DNA of 64,000 nt. Source: Psilocybe cubensis (Eukaryota). The notes under the pieces were generated by a model that saw only the letters and a program-made list of their open reading frames with translations, searched no databases and was not told the DNA's origin. The stretch covers positions 310,001 through 374,000 of the forward strand of contig CM039008.1 of the NCBI GenBank assembly GCA_017499595.2, read 5' to 3'. Positions 13,221 to 25,507 of the stretch are shown piece by piece; position 1 is the stretch's first letter; every line of letters starts with the position of its first letter. The position numbers and the translations under genes were made by a program.

Positions 13221-14208
13221 AACGAGGACGATTGAGCGACAGCAGTAAAGAAAAGTTGAATGGCCCGTCAAATCTCGAACACAAACCCGTAAAGCACTTA
13301 AGTGGGGATACTCCAACCTATGTATAAATCGGCCTCGGGATTGAATAATGTCGACCTAAGTCACTTCGATGGTCCCACCCCGGCTAAAGTTGATGGGGGT
13401 GTGAGATGCGTATCATTGTCTTGGTCCTATTAATAAAATAACTTGCAAGAGACTTACTTGATTGAAGCGAAAAATTCATGGTATTGTACGTCTCCACAGA
13501 GAGCCATAGTTTATGAGACTAGACCCTAATTGATATGGTGACTGAGCATAAAAATTACAAAGGTACCTCCTTCCAATTTCCAAATAGTACTCCTCAGCCA
13601 ACACTCGGCGTTCGAGCATCACTGTTCTGAACTCAGTCCTTGTGTTCTAGTCACCGAGGTGCTCTGATGAATGCATTTCCCAGAGCACAGAATGTACGAC
13701 CATGATGAATATCCCGAGTGCATATGGCCATGGTAGATTCTTGTCTCCCGCGCGTGATGGAGTGGTTAGAGAAACTGAGCTGAAGTCCATCAAGCCATCA
13801 CAAGAATTTAAGGTCCGATTCTTATCCGCGAGATCCGAGCTGTTCCGATTGATGTTGGTTCAAACTTCAAAACATAACCAGTACAAAACCCCCGAGATCT
13901 TTTTCTTTATACTTTCCGTGCCCAAGTGAATGGTCTCGTTAGTGAAATATTTTTTTATACAGCTCTCTTAATATTCCCAACGCCCAGCGATGCATTCAGC
14001 ATCGTATTCAAACACTTCTGCAACTCCCTATTTCCTCCGACAAGCGGAGAACATATTAACATAATAGTTTTCCACGCCACGCACTAATGAACCAAATATA
14101 ACCATACAATGGACTTTAGGTTGGATGTTCGAAGTCTGACTCCGACGTAAGCAAATTAGGACCCGGCACCGAAGTCACCACCCTACCCTACCCATTCTTG
14201 AACTATAG

Positions 14209-15243
14209 AGTTCATTTATCGAAGCCGAGATTGTTCAACAACAGGAGCAAAAGCAAGAACTGGAATATAGGAGGAACATGAATCACGACCAATCACAAAT
14301 GTTGGCTGAACGTAACTTAAAAGGTACGCATTAGTACTTTGACCACTGTCTGGTTTTTTTCATCTCCATACCATCTCTATATAGATGTTTCATCAGGAGA
14401 AGAAGAGACGGCACTGTTCTGTAATGAACAAACAATGAAGATTTTACAAGCTGTTTGCGTTTTCTATTGCCCACCTATCACATACGTAACTGATGCGATC
14501 GTATGCCTTTTCAGAAATTATCGGAGATGAATCAAATACTTAAGCTGCCTGAGAAGGAAAGATTCGAGAGGATTCGCGATTATGTTACGAAGAGGAAACG
14601 TGTGATAAAGGAGCGAGAGGATGCACAACAACAACGCATCCTTGAAGAGAAGAAACGCGCTGATGAAGCGGAGAAAAAAGCCAAACAACGTATCCTTGAA
14701 GAGAAGAAAAAAGCCGAGCAACGTATCCTTGAAGAGAAGAAACGCGCTGATGAAGCGGAGAAAAAAGCCGAGCAACGTATCCTTGAAGCGAAGAAACGCT
14801 CGGACGAAGTGATAGCCGAATTCAACAAAGGCATTGCTCCAGTGAGTTTAGAAAGTTTTTTCGGTAGCTTGTGCTGACTTGGATTCCAGTTTGTCCGTGC
14901 TTTACAACTGACGTCGCTCCGAAAACTACAGGACAATGTCCACAAAAAGTTATCAAACCAAATCGGTGCATCATGGGAGGACATCAGAGAGATGTCAGAG
15001 GAAGATTTACGGTCGAAAGCGCCTAATGTCGACGCTTCGCGGGCGATGGCGTTGATAAAAGCTGTGAAAGATTACCGAGATCTTCGTCGAGGGTACATTT
15101 CGGATGCCTACACCGCCAAACTAGAGGAAATTTGGACAGCACTGAACCATCTGTACCAGCCTCGTGAACCCGACTTGCAGGCTTATCACAGTGATAATCA
15201 TCTCCTGGAAGCTTGCTACAATTTGTTGAAGGCGCAACAGTAG
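14209..15243 (+). CDS. Hypothetical protein with tandem coiled-coil repeat; 5' end not resolved
   Basis: Exons joined in frame by GT-AG introns: SSFIEAEIVQQQEQK...LK|DVSSGEEE...LQA|KLSEMNQ...repeat...GIAP|FVRALQL...LKAQQ*. Confidence 0.5.
14632..14809 (+). repeat. Coding tandem repeat, units of 54, 33, 54 bp plus a partial fourth
   Basis: Unit caacg(c/t)atccttgaagagaagaaacgcgctgatgaagcggagaaaaaagcc(a/g)a(a/g) starts at 14632, 14686 (internally deleted), 14719, 14773; encodes QRILEEKKRADEAEKKA(K/E). Confidence 0.95.
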
Positions 15244-15325
15244 ATGCTTTTTTGTATAAGTAAACTTCAAAGTTGTAACACAACTGTGTCAAGCTTGTCC
15301 TCTGTAGGAGAATCGTCGGCGTTGA

Positions 15326-17048
15326 ATGATGGTCACATTAGATCATAAAATACTCGGAACCTGTAACATGCAGCGTAAGCATCCAAAGTTATATGTTCTG
15401 GAGCGCACTGGATATATATTTATTCTCTGGGACAATGTTCTGACTCCATATGGGAGGCCTATATCATCGATAACAGGCCACCTCGTTGCACCTGTGTGTA
15501 AAAACTGTGTGAGTCATCAACATGAATACAGAGGTACTTCATCAGATAAGACTAGAAAATCCCAGGACCATAGGTTCTATACTGACCTGCCACGACGCTC
15601 AAATCCATCCATGCTATACCATGGGTAGTGCTGCTCTTCAAGACGACAGAGCTTATACCCTTATTCTGGACGTCATGGATTGCGACCCGACCTGTATTTC
15701 GACAGGAACTCAGGATCCTGGTTCCAATACTAGTGTAGAGAAGGGCCAAACTGGGATCACCGACATAGCACGAGCGAGTGAAATTCTTGTTCAATGTTTA
15801 GCAACGTTCGTAGAGGCCGATTACCTCTTGCAAAGGCCGACGGTAATTAAAGAGAACAAACACAAGTTCTATACTAATGCCAGTAAGCTCGTTCAAAACG
15901 AACATTCTCTTTAATCGTCAAGTAATCATGATGGCTTACGGAATTCTCGAAGCGTTTGAACCTGCGCGACCTCAAGGAGTGCATTTACTGGCTCAGCACC
16001 ATCGCCATACCAATTTCAAGCTTCACACACCGAGTGTCGCAAAACGAAATGGATTTGTGGCGCATCTGGCGGGGGTTCTTGAGAATATAAAGAGAAGTGA
16101 GAACGATACATATGACTCACTGGATGGTATGTTGCGAGTTCTGCGTATATTAAATCAGAAGCTTTATCCATTCCAGACACAAACGCCTGTGACAACCAGC
16201 TATCAGGGGACGTGTATAGCACTATATACAATTTCTCAAAATTAAAATTGCTTCGAAGAGAGGTACTGGCACTATGATTTATCTTCTTCACTATGTCTGA
16301 TTAATCTCACCTAGATTCCGACTTCACATTGTGTGTTGGATGAAATTGCAAACGAAATGGGCAATCGCGGATCTAAGTCATCTTGCTCAGAACCACTGAA
16401 CGAACTCCAGAATAAATTCAATCACCCTCAACAATCTTTAGGATTAGGCATCGGTGAATTGGTAAAGTTATTGGTTGATCCCAGTGAGTAGGATGAAACA
16501 TTGGTTTCCCGAATCCAGGTTTACGAGCCTGATGCTACATTATCTGATAGCGTCGGTACTAATGATTCGAAATCGGAAGAAGACGAGTCGCCATCTCGCC
16601 GTGGCACGCCACCACCAGAAAATAATCAAATCAATCCACCCAGTACTACTCCCGGTAGGAGAAACAGAATGAAATCTGAAGAGCCACACAAGGTATGGTC
16701 TCCACTTGTTTGTGGTTTGAATGTACCATTCATGATAGTGTTTTTTCCTCATTGGTTTAGAGCAGAGTGGATGTTCTTAACATGACTTCCAAGCTCTACA
16801 TTAGGATCATGTTTGAAATGACCCTTTCAAAGTGCGAGGCGATGTATATTGCCGCAAATGGGTTGGATGGTCAAAAAAATTGGTGGGTTAATATTGCCGT
16901 CGAAGGCCCCAGTAGGTTGCGTGAACTGGGAAATGTGACAGCACATAGTGCTGATAAAACAACATTAAAAACAATTGCCGATTTGAATGTTCTCCCACAA
17001 AGAGACTTGGACAATGTTGTATTGATGCATGACTTTATATATAGCTAA
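15326..17048 (+). CDS. Hypothetical multi-exon protein or pseudogene segment, no recognisable family
   Basis: Consecutive plus-strand ORFs 15522-15914, 15877-16245, 16501-16785, 16767-17048 linkable by candidate introns (e.g. 15883-15922 restores frame); start and first exons uncertain. Confidence 0.4.
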
Positions 17049-17396
17049 CTTGTGTAATTGCTAGTGTATTATGTCGTATGAATCCAGCTATTTCTATCTT
17101 CAATCAGCTTGATTAACCCAGCACCGACATCATTGCCAAATACCCATCATTAGATAAGAGGTTCCCCCCGTTACATGAAGTTCGTGACGACATTACAAGT
17201 ATGATACCTATTGCAAACATTTGAAAAAACTACACCTTAAAAATCGAATAACTGAGCGGTAAGAAAAACAACCTTCAAAAGAAATTATCAAAAAAACGAG
17301 TATTTAAATACTAAATAAATTGTCAGCCTGGCAGGATAGTTGGGGTATTGCTGTGTATTCTTCAAGACAAATCTATTGGCTGCGACCATCCGACCG

Positions 17397-18711
17397 TCAA
17401 TTGCAACAACCTCCCCATACCTTTTTCGTTCTGTTTTCTGATCCTAAGCGAACCGTTTCATTAGCAGAACTTGCTTCACGAAAATGCATTGTTCGCGCTT
17501 CGACCCATTCTTCATATTCCCAACGACGCACCACGCGCTGTGCGATATACTCAAAGACGTCCGCCACGCCTTCGCCGGTCTTGGCAGAGGTGAAAAAAAG
17601 CTTGGGTCCGCGCTCAGGGGGTATGGGTGTTGAGGACGGAATGAGAGGAGAGACAGAAGGTGTAGATACCCCCGCGGCTGCAGCACTCTCGCGTGCGTAA
17701 AGGCTGGGGGTAATGGTCGGCGCGCTTCCAGAGCTCGTGCTATTAGACGAGAGAATAGTTGTGCTGCGCCGCCGCACGCTCCCTGAGGGACTTATAGTCT
17801 CGACTTCACTGAGACTAGAATTGGAAACCGAACTAGACCAAGGTTCTGGGGAGGACCGCGCAGACTGATAATATGATGATGATGGGGTATGGTATATTGT
17901 GAGAGTGGTATGTGTTGTAGTCATGGTCCCAGAGTAGAATCGCGAGGAGGAGCGAGACCTTGACTTTGACAGTTGATGTTTTGGGGAGTGCGAGGATTCA
18001 CGTGTATGATGATGGGTGCGAGGTTGGGGAGCAATTGCGATAGACGGAGTACGCGTGCTGATGTTGGTGGAAGAGAAGCTTGAACTTGGAGTCGGGAATT
18101 GCGGCGACCTGCTGGAAATACTCGGAGGTAGGATGCTGATATCAGAAGGCGGAACTAACTCATCCAGAAACTCCAACGCCTCCGACTCTGATACAACATT
18201 GTCCCCACCACCCTTCCCTACCATGTCAATCTTGTTCCCGACCACGACACAGCAGTAATCATTCATGTCGGCATCGTTTGCCACCGGTGCGCGATCACAA
18301 AAGTCTGCCCACCATTTCTTCATCGCCAACATGGTCTCCGGAGCGTTCACGTCGAACATGAGAAGGGCTGCATCTGCGCCTCGAAAAAACGCCGTTGAGA
18401 GACTCGAAAATCGCTCCTGTCCCGCTGTGTCCTGGAAAAGGTATTAGCCTGGCATTTACCACAGCCAAAACAGAATATATGGACCCAAATTTGCAGAGTG
18501 ACTGACTGGTCTGGTTGTGTAGGATGTGGGAGAACCTTTGTAATGAAGTCCGCTCCTATTGTAGCCCTGTATCCATTCGAAAATCGACCCGAGATGTACT
18601 GGTGATTATAAGTTACCCGAGGCCGTTAGAAAATTGATCACTCACCTTTCCTCTAAGGCTTGTTTTTCCAACTCCTGATGACCCTATTACTACTAGTTTC
18701 ACTGTTGGCAT
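17397..18711 (-). CDS. Rab7-like small GTPase with a large Ser/Pro/Thr-rich insertion (3 exons)
   Basis: G1 GSSGVGKTS, effector YRATIGADF, G3 WDTAGQERF, G4 GNKID, G5 TSAKTG, C-terminal GGCCN prenylation-type motif. Confidence 0.9.
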
Positions 18712-19779
18712 ATCTTCCGTCTTCGCAGTCGTCGGCGTCGATGGACGTTCATGGGGGTTGTAAGTGAAGTGTCGGTCATCGTCCAAGCGGGAGCAAAAAG
18801 CGGAGTCTGAAATATTGGAAAGCCGCGGGCAGGAAGCATCATTATAATTGTTTCACGTATTTGCTAAAGTAGAAATTGAAGCGATAGCATCAGGTATAAT
18901 AATCATTCTAATCATTGCTATAAAATTTCAGCGTAAGTTCTCGGAAGGCTTAGTATTCCTGGTGACTTTACCACATGAAGTAACGAGGAAACTCACGGAC
19001 TAGAGGCAGGTGTCAAACCGGTGCTCTTGTATAAAGTCTCGACGTTGAACATTGAGCCTTTAACCCGCAGTGCTTCACGTTAGTAACTTGTATTTAATTT
19101 TAGGAAACACATCCTCAAAAATGAAAAGATTGGCCAGTACTCGATGTAGACATGATACGTAAACCGATGTCTCTCCTCCCTGAAAGGCTGGTCACTCCGT
19201 CCGATTGCTTACTGTAAAATTTCAAAATTTAAGGGCCATTCGGCGCCACTACCAAAAACAGCTTTAAAGACTGTAGCACTATCAATGGCGACTTTTTTCA
19301 AAGTAAATGGCCATGGTGGGGAGGCATTGGTACTCCATATGCATATTTTCTTACAGCCACCCGTGCATATCATGTTTGGTTGTATACTTGAACGATACTG
19401 GGGGCCAGGTACGCAGTGACAGGCTATCTAAACCTTTATGTTACTATCACCCCATTCTGTAATGATATCGCTTGTCAATCAATGAGATGACGCAAACACT
19501 GACTGCATATTTCTATGTACTACCCACACTACATCATCGACCTTGTACGATGCTGATGGGACGCTGTATCTTCGTTTTCATCCCATTATTTTCAACTCCA
19601 CAACAAAAACAAGAGCCCCACTTGACATGGGAATGCCAGGCTTCCCTCAGAGTTTCGCGAGATAAACATACCAGAAATATACAAATTAATTATGACATAT
19701 CAGCGCCTAAGGGTATCGCATGCGTCCCTGTCCACACAAAGAGCAACACAACATAGTGCGAACCTGGCCTCTCGCAAAG

Positions 19780-19785
19780 TATAAA
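19780..19785 (+). promoter_or_regulatory. TATA box of hydrophobin
   Basis: TATAAA 75 nt upstream of ATG 19855. Confidence 0.5.
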
Positions 19786-19854
19786 GAGGCGTCTGTGTTC
19801 GCCAGTCTTTCTTCAGCTCGAACAATCCTCACAGTTCAGTTAACACACTTAAAC

Positions 19855-20302
19855 ATGCAATTCAAGACCCTCGCTGCTACCGTCGCACTCGGTGCTACCC
19901 TTGCTGCCGCCACAGGATCCCCCGCCAGTCAATGCAACACCGGTGGTCTCCAATGCTGCAACAGCACCGGCACCGCCAACAGTGATGCCATTTCCAAGAT
20001 CCTCGGCCTTTTGGGCATCGTCGTTCAAGACGTCACCGCCCTCGTTGGTGTCAACTGCAGCCCCATCAGTGTCATTGGTATCGGCGGAAACTCCTGGTCA
20101 GTGGCTATCAACTCTTTCTAATATTTATCATGTCTAACGTACATGTATATAGCACCGCTCAACCCGTCTGCTGCACCAATAACAGCTTCGGTATGACACT
20201 TTTTTACTCAAAATTTTATGGTTAAACTGCTTTTATACTCATGTTTATTATGTAGGCGGCCTGGTCGCGCTTGGTTGCTCCCCCGTCGACCTCAACCTTT
20301 GA
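19855..20302 (+). CDS. Class I hydrophobin
   Basis: Exons 19855-20096, 20153-20190, 20256-20302; signal peptide and 8-Cys pattern [12 protein letters not shown]...VGVNCSP...[28 protein letters not shown]. Confidence 0.97.
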
Positions 20303-20715
20303 GCAACTTATCAATATGCTGTCCGTTAGAAAGATGAACATGGAATGGAGACCTCGCGATTATCTAGTATCCAGATGACTAGTTTTCTTTCCATTTATTG
20401 TATTTCGTGTCTTGTAAATCTTTTTTGCCACGATTATACACATCTTTCCAAGACCATTTAATTTTCGTCATTGTCAAGAATTCGTGGATGATTACACTAA
20501 CCACTTTCTTTGCATATGAAGAGATACAGTAGGTCGCGGAAAGCCACCCTAGGGGTTTATCCGGATTCTAACGGATTAAAGGATGCCGCAGGGCTGACCA
20601 TTCAAGTCCGGACCTGGCGGATGTGATGCCTGAATTGTCGATTATGCAATTCTGTCGGTGCTGAAGCGCTGAGGCGTCAAAATTTACATTTTTGGAAGTA
20701 CCCCTGAGAAGGTAT

Positions 20716-21409
20716 CACGCCGGACAAAAATGCTGACACGCCGGACAAAAATGCTGACCAGTTAGCCTGGGTGTTGTCCTGACCAGTGGGGTGACTAGTA
20801 CCGTGACCAATTACATAGTGTCACATAAATGTTGTCACGCTAATTCATTATTAGTAGGTTCGACAGTAAATGGCAAATTGCTTGATTGTCTTGCGTTGGA
20901 ACTCAATGCGGAGTAAGAAGAAATATTAAACAATCAAGTAATATGTTATTTACTGTTGAGCCTACTAACAATGACTTAGCGTGACAACATATGTGTGACA
21001 CTATGTAATTGGTCACGGTACTAGTCACGTCACTGGTCAGGACAACACCCAGGCTAACTGGTCAGCATTTTTGTCCGGCGTGTGACCAGTTAGCCTGGGT
21101 GTTGTCCTGACCAGTGACGTGACTAGTACCGTGATCAATTTCATAGTGTCACACATATATTGTCACGCTAATTCATTATTAGAGGTTTTACAGTACTTAA
21201 CATATTACTTGATTGTTTAATATTTCTTCTTACTCCGCACTAAATTACAACGCAAGACAATCAAGTAATTTGCCATTTACTGTCGAGCCTACTAATAATG
21301 AATTAGCGTGACAACATATGTGTGACACTATGTAATAGGTCACGGTACTAGTCACGTCACTGGTCAGGACAATACCCAGGCTAACTGGTCAGCATTTTTG
21401 TCCGGCGTG
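20716..21409. mobile_element. Outer foldback MITE (345 bp when the nested copy is removed), CACG termini, TSD TAT
   Basis: TAT at 20713-20715 and 21410-21412 flank CACGCCGGACAAAAATGC...GCATTTTTGTCCGGCGTG; interrupted after 20736 by a sister copy. Confidence 0.9.
20737..21082. mobile_element. Inner foldback MITE (346 bp), TSD TGA, opposite orientation to outer copy
   Basis: TGA at 20734-20736 and 21083-21085; imperfect inverted arms 20737-20889 and 20930-21082 (153 bp each) with a 40-bp spacer that is a near reverse complement of the outer copy's spacer. Confidence 0.92.
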
Positions 21410-21739
21410 TATGTCCGGTTTCGTAGATTTGAGAGCCACAGTCAGAAAACTTCCGGTAAAGCGGGAGGTTTCCGGAGCCTGATCCATTCGATTCACACAG
21501 GGATAAACCATTCTTTGTTCTCTAATGCTTCTGGCCTCACAAGTAGAGTAATAGAACAGGGTGCTTGAGTTGTACTTGAATAAGAATGCCCAAGAGTTCA
21601 CAGTTCAATACGGTGTTAACCTTAAAGTCTGATTGACAAAAATATGAATAAAATTTTGTTATATTGTTCAACGTCTGGAAATAACACGCCGTATTTCGAC
21701 ATGAAAATAAATTTTCGGAATTTCTGGTTATCAGAGTAT

Positions 21740-23376
21740 TTACAAGCATTGGCTGTACTGAAAACGTGGGATGATGATTAGTATGGTTCATATCAGACGA
21801 ACGACATAAGAGACATACGTATGGGTTCGAGACCTGGCATGTGTATGGGGAAGCGCAGACTGTAGGTCCAGTCCAGCCAATTCCACCGCACTGGCCGTAG
21901 TGAGCTTGAGTCGCACCGCTAGCTGGGGAAGAGCTGGTGGGTGGAGCGCTAGTAGAAGAGGGCTTGGTGGTGGTGGAAGTTGGGCTGGAGCTAGTCGAGC
22001 CGCTTGGTCCAGAGGCCATGCAAGAACCAGTGCCTTGAGCGGTAGCGCAGAGCATAGGTTCTCCGGCGGCGAAACGTTGGAGACGAGCCTGGACTTCGTA
22101 AGCTGCGATCTTGGGGTTTCCGCTGGAGTCGAAGAGGGTTCCGGCGGCCGAGGTTCCGAGCCAGGACATGTCGTCACGCGGGTCCCAGTTGATGAACTCG
22201 TTACAGTTGGAGGCGTAGAGGCAAGCCTAGAGGAAGAGGGAATAATTTGAGTTAGTCAGTGGAAAATCATGGCACAGGAATTTTAGGCGTACATCGAGGT
22301 AGTCACCCCAGATAGCAGCCTGCAGACGCTCGTAGCCACTGCTTGCAGATGGAAGAGAAATATCGAGCTCAGTGATCATAGCAGTGGCACCGAGCTGAGC
22401 GAGCTTAGCAAAAGTGGCAGAGAGAGCAGACTTGGAGGTGAATCCGGTTGCAGAGATGTGGGATTGGAATCCAACTGCGAGGCGGTTGTATGGAATGCCA
22501 GCATTGGCGTTGATGTCTGCAAGGACAGCAAGAACACAGGCGGTCTTAGCATCGTTTCCGCCAGTGTTGTAGTCGTTAATGGCGAGGCGAGTGTTGGAGC
22601 CGGCGTACTTAAGTGCAGTGGTGAATGCAGCATGGACGAAGGACAGGTCGGTCACAAGGGTGGTGCTAGAACCATCGGAGGTCTGGGTCGGCCAAACCTT
22701 CTTGTTCTGCACACATTGAAGTGCGCTCTGAAAAATACTTAAAGTCAGAATAACAGTATATTGATGGCCCATGTAAATTCTCTCACCATTCCGTTGGAAA
22801 CACCGTCTCCTACAATCTCGTTGACTACATCCCAAGAGGTAACGGATGAACCCATTCCTTGAATAGTCTGTTGGACGTGTTGGGGAATGACATTGTTGAC
22901 GAGGTCAGAAGCAGAAATGCCTCCCGGGAGCCAGGACTTGATATTGAAATGAGTATTATATTTACTTTATGTATAAAAACATGACCTACAGGAGTCTGGG
23001 AGTGCCAGAAAGTGTTGTGGCCACGGAAGCTTGCGCCATTCTTGGAGGCAAAAGACTGAACTGCCTGACATTCTCCTAAGTCAGGGGTACCACGGCTTGG
23101 CTCAGTTGCATCCCATTTGCAGCCGTTCTCTGCAACGACGTGGTTGAAGAATGTGCTGAAGACGCTCGAGCTGAAGCTTTGATTGGATTCGTAGGTGTCG
23201 TACGTGGATCCAAACATGAAGGGTTGACCCTTGCGGGTAGAAACACTCTGGAGGGTGGAGCGCAAGTTGAGTGTGCCCGATTTCTGGTATCCATCGAAGT
23301 CGACCAGAAGGGATACTGCCGTTTGGCAGAGAGCAGGAGCTGCTAGGACTGATAAGACCACAAACGACTTGAACAT
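21740..23376 (-). CDS. GH10 endo-1,4-beta-xylanase with Ser/Thr linker and C-terminal CBM1
   Basis: Signal peptide; [44 protein letters not shown] motifs; CBM1 [35 protein letters not shown]. Confidence 0.95.
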
Positions 23377-23425
23377 TTTGAAGTGCACTGGAAAGTTAGC
23401 TAAAGATTGGGTAGAGCAGACTCAA

Positions 23426-23433
23426 CTTTTATA
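23426..23433 (-). promoter_or_regulatory. TATA box of GH10 gene
   Basis: TATAAAAG on minus strand 50-57 nt upstream of ATG 23376. Confidence 0.55.
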
Positions 23434-25507
23434 GCCTCCAAAGGTGCCTTGACGGAGACATAGGAGGACCTCCAAAAATTTTCAATGCCACGACTACTCA
23501 GCTGCATTCTGAATTGAAATCTATTTCCCGACGAAATCTGCGACAATTCTGCGAGAGGAGACAAAGGGCTACGTACACCTGACTTGCAAGATGGCAACGA
23601 TATTTTTAGCTCGTCCCTTCAATACTACAGGTCATTTTATCGGAATTTGTTGGAAGTAGTCTATTTCCAGTCTCTGGTACCACATCAGTGTCTGAATCAT
23701 CCGGAACCGACGCAGAAGGCTGTAGACGCTCACTCTTTTACCCCGGATATCCCATCAGAACTTGGGTGCTACAGATGTGAGCAATGCTTTAGGTGGTCCA
23801 TTTTCATTTTCTGGCGATGCTGAAAGCATTTAGACGCTCGGATGCGTGACGTGAAGGCATCAGGAGAGCATCCAGCTAAGTATAACGATATCAACAGCCA
23901 GTGCGTCTGACCTTCTCAACTGTTCATGACACCTGGCTTTTGGATCCGTGCACTTGCGGTCCGAATAATGGCGATGTCAGTAGTAAGGAGCAGTGTTGTT
24001 CACTCTTCTCTTTACCCGAAGATCAGCCTGACTGTCTCTAATCCACCACGTATGACTTGCGCTGGCTCATTCTCCGGGATGAGCTGTCAGTGCGTGGTGG
24101 GAATGGATGGGAATACAGGGTACGCGATTGTGTGACAACAAATTGTTGTCTATATTTATAGCGACAAGATTTTAAAAATAGACAAAAAATGCTGGGAACG
24201 CCATCCGAATGGTTTTTCCAAGCCCTAGTAACGAGACATTCATTGTGGAGAAAACTGACAAGAATTAATAAAGAATGTCAGAGAGTTACACTGTATGCCA
24301 ATAAGTTGTGGATTGTTGGTTGATCTTAGCCGTCACACATGTGGTTGCAGTAGGGTATTGTGGGTCATGGGGTATGTCCATGCGTCCAGTAAAAAGCTTT
24401 TAGTGTATCGCAAATAAGGCCATCAACCATACAAAATTACATATAAAATATGTGCGCTCCTGAGTAATTTGGCCAAAAGCAGAACTTGAGGACGGTGCGA
24501 CGTCCTTCCGTAGCAAAGTTCTTGAATAAAATTTTAGGCAGGGCAAGATAGAACTAGCTAAAAGAAGGTGGGTGGTAAAAATTGAGGACTAGAGGTTGCC
24601 TTGATATGACAAAAAAGTTGACATATCCCACTGGTTATGTTGGGAATCCATAGAGGTTTGTAATTTCCCCTATAGAAATTATCCCTTAATAACATGGACA
24701 TCAGGTTGTCTCGCAGAATACATACTTCCGACCACCAAAGCATAATTTCGAGAAGTACTGCCTCAGGTGAGACAAATATGACGACTGTTAGGCATCTGGG
24801 CGAATTAAGAAACGGAGTTGGTGTTTAGTATTTAATAGTCACTATCATCATTGCAACCACTACGCAGGGCTGAGTGGTCGAGGACCAGGATCAAAGAGAA
24901 TTAGTGGAAAGAGTAGGTCATTACAGGATTATTTGGTTTTTTACATACCACCGCTCTTCGCGGATCTGGAAAATCCTTGACGAAGATCATCTATGTCATG
25001 GGATATAAATAACACATAGGAGCTGCTTTGCCGGTATTTCCCAGTACGCTTTTGAAATTTATGTCTTGAAGAAGTGATTCTGCTACCGCCAATATCGGGA
25101 ATGAGCACCGGGGTTCGACGGAATACCTTTTCAATTACTTTGAACTGGAGTTCTGCGACTGGTAGTACCTACTGTCCGTTCTGACCCAGCTGGTCTTTTT
25201 CCTTGTTGAAGGTTATGGAAGCTGTATGGTTACATTGGTAAAGTATTGTTATGAGACAAAGTATTGAAAGTTACTTTGAATATGGGCGCTTACGTCTCAA
25301 CGCCCATGTGGAGTTGAATCTGGATTGATAATATGTCAGCTTCGGGAACTTCATAATCTGGCCGATAGTCTAACGGTGATCCTTGAATAGATACACGTAG
25401 GCTTGGTGGAATCACACGCCATTCATTTAAAAGAGGGTAATACCCAGTCATTTTCTTCAGGACGACCCACTTGTTTCTCTCATCAAAGCTTTAGCATCTA
25501 TTCAACA

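Noticed and set aside
14632-14809. KR/KK-containing repeat as a Kex2-processed repeat peptide (KEP/RiPP) precursor
   Set aside because: No signal peptide seen, repeat is embedded in a larger charged helical protein, and no tailoring genes are adjacent
20716-21409. Repeated units as a CRISPR array or satellite
   Set aside because: Eukaryotic context; repeats are inverted and fully explained by nested MITE TIRs and TSDs
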